The position numbers and the translations under genes were made by a program. Below are positions 59,219 to 64,000 of a stretch of DNA of 64,000 nt, piece after piece. The notes under the pieces are model-generated. The model saw nothing but the letters and a program-made list of their open reading frames with translations, ran no database searches and was not told where the DNA came from. This DNA is from an uncultured virus (IMG/VR IMGVR_UViG_3300035670_000148). Lineage: Duplodnaviria > Heunggongvirae > Uroviricota > Caudoviricetes. The stretch lies in the IMG/VR virus record IMGVR_UViG_3300035670_000148; one strand, written 5' to 3'. The first letter of the stretch is position 1. Each line of letters begins with the position of its first letter.

Positions 59219-61307
59219 GCTAGAGAAAGTCTCTAAAAGCACCGCAGAGGAAAATCAAAAAAGCCTCATACAGATGATAAAAGATGCAGTTAGAAGTACT
59301 TCTTTGAGTACTTCTCAGATCAACTTAATAAAAGATACAGCTACTGAAGTGGGGATTGTTAACTTTACAGATATTCTTAAGATGAAAGGACCAGCTCCCA
59401 AGAATAATCTAGAGAAATTCATGATGTTGAAAATGCAAGGTATCTCAGACCCTGCGACAGTCGCTCGCATGATAACTGAAATACTTGCAGCTCAAGACCA
59501 AGAACAGCTGGCTGCGGCACTAGAAGTCCCGTCTGCAAAGTTGCAGGCACTACTACCCGGACCAACGATAAAAGAAATTCTGACTAGCCTCACAAAGAAG
59601 TTCTTAGTCACTTTCTTTATCTCCTTCATCACTTCTTTCCTTTTTAAGTTCTTTCAAGCATCCTCCGCCTCTAAGATTTTAGAGTTTTGCACGAATGCTA
59701 AAACAGCTTCGGGGAAGAAATTTAAGGTCAGAGTTGCGTGGGACGCTGACTATGCGGTGGATACCCACACTGCGCCAATGATGGCAAAGAAAGTTGAAAA
59801 AGTTATACAGGAACGAGTCATTAAAGATATTCAAATACAGCAACAGGCAGACGCAATGAACATCTATTCGGGGGATAAAGTACTAGAAGTTCCCTCAAAC
59901 CAAATTGAGTATAACGCCAGCACAGGGGAATATAAAATGTGGGTCTATAACGACCCCGCTAAGAATGTCCCTGCTGAAATAACAGAGGTGGGTGGCGTGG
60001 TGAACGCAAAGCCAACTTCCGCACGTTACCTTAACATCGGTGAGGTTGAGGGTAAGGTAGTTACAGACAAAGAATCGGGTAGGCACATTTGGCAGCCCAA
60101 AGAGGGTGATACGGTGCGTATGTTTAAGAACGAGGATGGTAAATGGGTTCGTTTTAAGGATTTAAGCGAAGAAGAGCAAGCTAGATTAGGAGATCGGGAT
60201 TACGACCCCTCACAGGCGGGTGTTGCTCTACATAAGAAGATATTATGTGGAACTATCAATTGGGCTACATATAGCTTCTTAGGGAGTATTTCTAAGTTCT
60301 TCGTAACTGTTGCGAAAGGGTTCGTAGCTGAATTGGGGAAAACAAGCGTACTTTACGGATTCTTAGCTTCAGCCGCAACTGCGATACTCTTATTCGGATC
60401 AAGCATAGTTAAAGGTATTTTCAAGGTCTTTTCTTTTGGGAAGGACTTGGTAGTAAATGGAGTTAAAGCACTTTGGAACTTAGCCACAAAAAGAGGTAAG
60501 TCAGCTTCAATCCCAAGAAGGAAACTTGCTCTAGAGGAAGCCGTAAACCCCAAAGAGGTGATTGACGAGACTTCCAACACAATTATGGGTGTCGTGGGAG
60601 AAAAAGTCAAAGAGGTTCAGAAATTCTTAGGTTCTAGTTCGCTCACAGCCATGAGAGACTTGGCAGCTAAAGCAGGTATGTCTTCTTTCAAAGAGTTGTC
60701 TAAAGGAGAAGAACCCGTACCCACAAACCCTCTAGAGAAATTGATTGTTGAAAAGCTCAAGAGAATATCCTCTGCGAAAGAGAAGATATTATTTCTAGAG
60801 GGTATTCATAAGGCTTCCTCTAAGGAGGAACTTAGTAGTGTCTTAGAGATAGACCCTGCAAAGTTAGAGTCTTTTTTCGGAGATGAGACAAAGACAATAA
60901 AAAGGACTATCGTTATCTCACTAGGTATTATAAGCATAGCCTTCTTGTTGGGTGCGTTTATCCATGTGGTAATGACGACACCGATTTTAACAGGTGCTTG
61001 GTTAACTCTAAAATCTTCTTTGATGCCTTTAGTGAACTTCTTACCTGTCGCTACAAACATGACGGCGACAGAGTTTTATAAGATGTTGGCTATTGGGGCG
61101 GCTAAGTCTGCCTTAATACAGACTACGATTATCGGAATTGTTATGTATGGCCCATCGTGGATAAGAAAGAGCTTATCCGCAATAGGTTCTTGGGTGAAAC
61201 AATCTATTATTGGTATATGGGACAAAATAAAAGCACCTTTTAGAGAGGCTTCTCAAATATCTCCTGAAAGAGCTTTACTCAACATACTTAGTTACAGAGG
61301 AGTCTAA
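59205..61307 (+). CDS. Multi-pass membrane protein, two tandem copies of a helical+TM module, first copy with a Cys-bracketed insert
   Basis: Internal repeat (aa ~1-440 vs ~445-700); hydrophobic segments 'FLVTFFISFITSFLFKFF', 'VLYGFLASAATAILLFG', 'IVISLGIISIAFLLGAFIHV'. Confidence 0.75.
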   Translation: MSLAELEKVSKSTAEENQKSLIQMIKDAVRSTSLSTSQINLIKDTATEVGIVNFTDILKMKGPAPKNNLEKFMMLKMQGISDPATVARMITEILAAQDQEQLAAALEVPSAKLQALLPGPTIKEILTSLTKKFLVTFFISFITSFLFKFFQASSASKILEFCTNAKTASGKKFKVRVAWDADYAVDTHTAPMMAKKVEKVIQERVIKDIQIQQQADAMNIYSGDKVLEVPSNQIEYNASTGEYKMWVYNDPAKNVPAEITEVGGVVNAKPTSARYLNIGEVEGKVVTDKESGRHIWQPKEGDTVRMFKNEDGKWVRFKDLSEEEQARLGDRDYDPSQAGVALHKKILCGTINWATYSFLGSISKFFVTVAKGFVAELGKTSVLYGFLASAATAILLFGSSIVKGIFKVFSFGKDLVVNGVKALWNLATKRGKSASIPRRKLALEEAVNPKEVIDETSNTIMGVVGEKVKEVQKFLGSSSLTAMRDLAAKAGMSSFKELSKGEEPVPTNPLEKLIVEKLKRISSAKEKILFLEGIHKASSKEELSSVLEIDPAKLESFFGDETKTIKRTIVISLGIISIAFLLGAFIHVVMTTPILTGAWLTLKSSLMPLVNFLPVATNMTATEFYKMLAIGAAKSALIQTTIIGIVMYGPSWIRKSLSAIGSWVKQSIIGIWDKIKAPFREASQISPERALLNILSYRGV

Positions 61308-61308
61308 A

Positions 61309-64000
61309 ATGGAAGAGACTGATTTAAAGTCAACTGTGGATAGTTCATTGGCCGCTAACCAAAAGTCTTTGATTCAATCAATCAAAGACGCGGTGCGCGA
61401 CACCTCTCTTAATGACTCTCAGTTAGCTGCAATTAGAGATATGGCAGCTAAAGTCGGTATTAAGTCATTTAAGGATGTAGTCTCTGCAAATAAAATACCT
61501 CCTAAGACTAAACTTGAAAAGTATATGCTCTTACAGATGGAGAAGTTAGGGACACCTGCCAAGATTGCAACTTTCATAAATGATGTGGTGAGTTCTAAGA
61601 CACAAGAAGAACTAGCAAAAGCCCTAGATTTACCTCCTGAGGATTTGGAAAAAATCCTACCGACTCCAACCATCTCAGAAATATTTACGAGTCTTTTCAA
61701 GAAGTTCCTCGTGACCTTCTTTATTTCTTTCTGTTTCTCGTTCATGTATCAGTTTGTGAGTAAGCTAGAGCTAGTTAAAAAGGCAATGGAAGGGTGTCAT
61801 AAATTTGTGAAGTTTGGTTCTCAACACAAGATTAAGATGGCGAGAATCGCTCGGCTTATAAAAAAAGCTGAGGGCTTTACTAGTCCAGAAAGACCTCGTA
61901 TAAATTTCACAAAAGTACCCAAAGCACAAATGCTAGATATGCAAGTTTCTGAGAACCCTGCTCTTTTAGACAGAGACACAATTAGGGAAATAAATGTAAG
62001 ATTGCAGGACTCTAGCAAGTCACTTTCATTGACTGCTGTAGCGGTAGATGAACGAGTACAATTCCTTGATAATGAGGTCTCATTTGCGCGTGATCGGTTG
62101 TTAAATGTTGCCAAAAACTCACCCGATGCGTTGCCCTTAGCTAGAGAAGAGTTTAACTCGCTTTTATCTAAGGTTGAACAGGCTAAAGAGGTACAAAAGA
62201 AAATACAAGAAACTCGTGAATTGCTTGAGGCGGCTTCTACTCCAAGAGTTACCCCTGATTTAAATCAACTAAGAGTTGAATTAGTGAATGGCGATTTGGC
62301 GGACAGGTTGAACCAGATTAATGCGAGTACGAAATATCTAGATAGAATAACTCAGCAAGCTCAAGTTGACAGCTTCCATATTCAGGTATCTGACCAAAAC
62401 ATAGGCGGAACAGTAAGCTACGAGGGTCTAAGTGACTCTATGAAGAGAAAGGTAGAACTTAAAATAGAAACTGCTCTAATAGAGGCACAGAAATCCCAGA
62501 AAGATCTACTTGAAGTCAGAGATAAAATCCAAAATTACCAACAACAATTACTAGAACAAATACAAAGCCGCAATCAAGCGGGTATTTCTAGCACTACGGG
62601 TACTCAAGAATATGTGAAGGTTGTTAAAGAGCTTCAGGAAGCTCAAGCAGCTGTAGATAAGAGCACACAGCAACTAGAAATATTGCAAGAGGCTTCAAGG
62701 AGACCTAGTCTCAAAATTTACAACGACATAAATGAACGTCTTTTGAGAGAAATACAAGACAACAAGCAAGTCGGAGGTAGTGTAGGTCTTACAGTAGAAC
62801 AAGATTTTGAAACGGCTCAGAGAGCTATTGACCCTACGGATACAGAGAGAGGTTGGAAATTCGTAGACAGGAGTGAGCAGAAAAGATGGCTGAAAGATAT
62901 TTATGACCAACAGGATACTTTGGAGGATGCAAGAAAAACAATAGAAAAGAGTATTGCGCGCGCAGATAAGCAACTCGCAGAGCTTGAGAAAATGAAGAAC
63001 GCTCCGAATGTGCATCCCGCAGATGCTAAGAGTGTAGACGAACTGATAAACCAAACAAGAGAAAAACAGAGGGTAATGACGGAGACATTAGGGGATATTC
63101 AAGAACAAGAAGGATACTATCGGCAGTTGGCAACCAAACCTTCTATTGCGGGTGTGCGTGACCATGTAAAAGATTTCCAGCAAGTTATACAGGAGACAAA
63201 TCAAGAGCTTCAGAGTTTTAATGCCGAAAGACCGCTTGAAAAGGCTAGAGAGATTATTCATTCAGCTATCGGTAGACGAAATGCGGAGATATTTCAGCAA
63301 ATCCTTCAAGAAGATGTCAAAAGACATAATTGGCTTAATGAACTAAAGACGAAAGACCCTACTCTATATGCAGAGGCACTCGGCTTAGAGGATAGCTATA
63401 TATTAGCTTTTGACCAAGCACAGAAAATAATTGGTGACGACCCTAAGGTTTGGGCACTCGTGTTTGAGCAACACCCTGAATTAGACCCCCTACAATATAG
63501 TATTAGAGAAAACTTCGGTACAGGTACGCCTGAAATAAATATCAATGAGTTGAGTGAGCTATATCAGGATGCACAAGAACAAGTATATGACGGAGAAATT
63601 CCGACAATTAAGAATGTAAAGAAGGTCGAAGACCAGATGACAGAGGTAAAAGATAAGGCATCTTACAATATTTTGTGCGGAGCTGCACAATGGGCAGGCT
63701 TTAGCTTTTTGAAAACATTTACAACCTTTATTACCGGACTCGCGGGTGGACTCATTAAAGAATATATATTACAAGGGGCGCTTCCCGCGTTCATCACAGC
63801 CTGCGCGGTATCTGTCATTATTGTGGGCAAAGGGATTATTTCTAGCATATTTGGTTTTATCACGAAGGGGGTTGGTTTTGTGAAGAATATGGTGTCTAGC
63901 TTATGGCAAAAGATTTTAGGTAAGCGTAAAAAGTTAGCCTCATCAAAAGCACTCCTTAAGCAAGCCAAAGCTAGAAATAAATATGCGGCGGCGGCGATTC
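61309..64000 (+). CDS. Membrane protein paralog of 59205..61307 with a long coiled-coil insert (3'-truncated; absent from the ORF track)
   Basis: Translated by hand from ATG 61309 (SD GAGGAG): MEETDLKSTVDSSLAANQKSLIQSIKDAVRDTSL...KKFLVTFFISFCFSF...; no stop codon before the window end. Confidence 0.85.
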   Translation, partial: MEETDLKSTVDSSLAANQKSLIQSIKDAVRDTSLNDSQLAAIRDMAAKVGIKSFKDVVSANKIPPKTKLEKYMLLQMEKLGTPAKIATFINDVVSSKTQEELAKALDLPPEDLEKILPTPTISEIFTSLFKKFLVTFFISFCFSFMYQFVSKLELVKKAMEGCHKFVKFGSQHKIKMARIARLIKKAEGFTSPERPRINFTKVPKAQMLDMQVSENPALLDRDTIREINVRLQDSSKSLSLTAVAVDERVQFLDNEVSFARDRLLNVAKNSPDALPLAREEFNSLLSKVEQAKEVQKKIQETRELLEAASTPRVTPDLNQLRVELVNGDLADRLNQINASTKYLDRITQQAQVDSFHIQVSDQNIGGTVSYEGLSDSMKRKVELKIETALIEAQKSQKDLLEVRDKIQNYQQQLLEQIQSRNQAGISSTTGTQEYVKVVKELQEAQAAVDKSTQQLEILQEASRRPSLKIYNDINERLLREIQDNKQVGGSVGLTVEQDFETAQRAIDPTDTERGWKFVDRSEQKRWLKDIYDQQDTLEDARKTIEKSIARADKQLAELEKMKNAPNVHPADAKSVDELINQTREKQRVMTETLGDIQEQEGYYRQLATKPSIAGVRDHVKDFQQVIQETNQELQSFNAERPLEKAREIIHSAIGRRNAEIFQQILQEDVKRHNWLNELKTKDPTLYAEALGLEDSYILAFDQAQKIIGDDPKVWALVFEQHPELDPLQYSIRENFGTGTPEININELSELYQDAQEQVYDGEIPTIKNVKKVEDQMTEVKDKASYNILCGAAQWAGFSFLKTFTTFITGLAGGLIKEYILQGALPAFITACAVSVIIVGKGIISSIFGFITKGVGFVKNMVSSLWQKILGKRKKLASSKALLKQAKARNKYAAAAI

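Noticed and set aside
59688..63678. Cys-flanked inserts in the membrane paralogs as inteins
   Set aside because: They start at Cys but end in ...KKIL-C and ...YNIL-C rather than His-Asn-Cys; no block B TxxH or homing endonuclease motifs; the two inserts are unrelated to each other.
704..63968. Short antisense or overlapping ORFs in the track (e.g. 1612..2220, 35890..36732, 61419..63968 minus-strand ORFs)
   Set aside because: They lie opposite or inside long, well-supported genes and read as shadow frames; the 61.4-64 kb ones are antisense to the un-annotated 61309 ORF.
1..64000. Alternative genetic code (stop-codon reassignment)
   Set aside because: Long ORFs tile the window in code 11, and TAA, TGA and TAG all end genes at sensible boundaries.

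Overview
A 64-kb piece of a large (jumbo-type) contractile-tailed dsDNA bacteriophage genome in the standard genetic code, densely coding, with GGAG/AGGA Shine-Dalgarno sites. The + strand carries two tail/baseplate blocks. The first (1-11 kb) has a tape measure, two tube-initiator-like paralogs, a hub and a spike. The second (28.7-54.7 kb) has gp25-like, baseplate J-like and wedge proteins plus large tail-fibre-type proteins. Between and after them are replication and regulatory genes: family A DNA polymerase with a Cys4 insertion, a stand-alone primase CHC2 Zn finger, a sigma-factor-like ORF with a sigma70 promoter and an IHF-consensus site, and an Hc1 histone-like protein. A set of unusual probable head-packaged cargo proteins shares clustered [K/R]-x-A motifs: a type IB topoisomerase, a four-EF-hand protein, a WGR protein and a 1565-aa orphan. 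The most unusual locus is 57.9-64 kb. It holds three paralogous membrane proteins built from one repeated module; in two of them an unrelated variable domain sits between two equivalent cysteines. The first two genes are divergent and joined by a 38/39-bp inverted repeat containing both ribosome-binding sites and start codons. No tRNA, rRNA, CRISPR array, reverse transcriptase, transposase or intein was recognised. All calls come from motif recognition by eye; no database searches were run.
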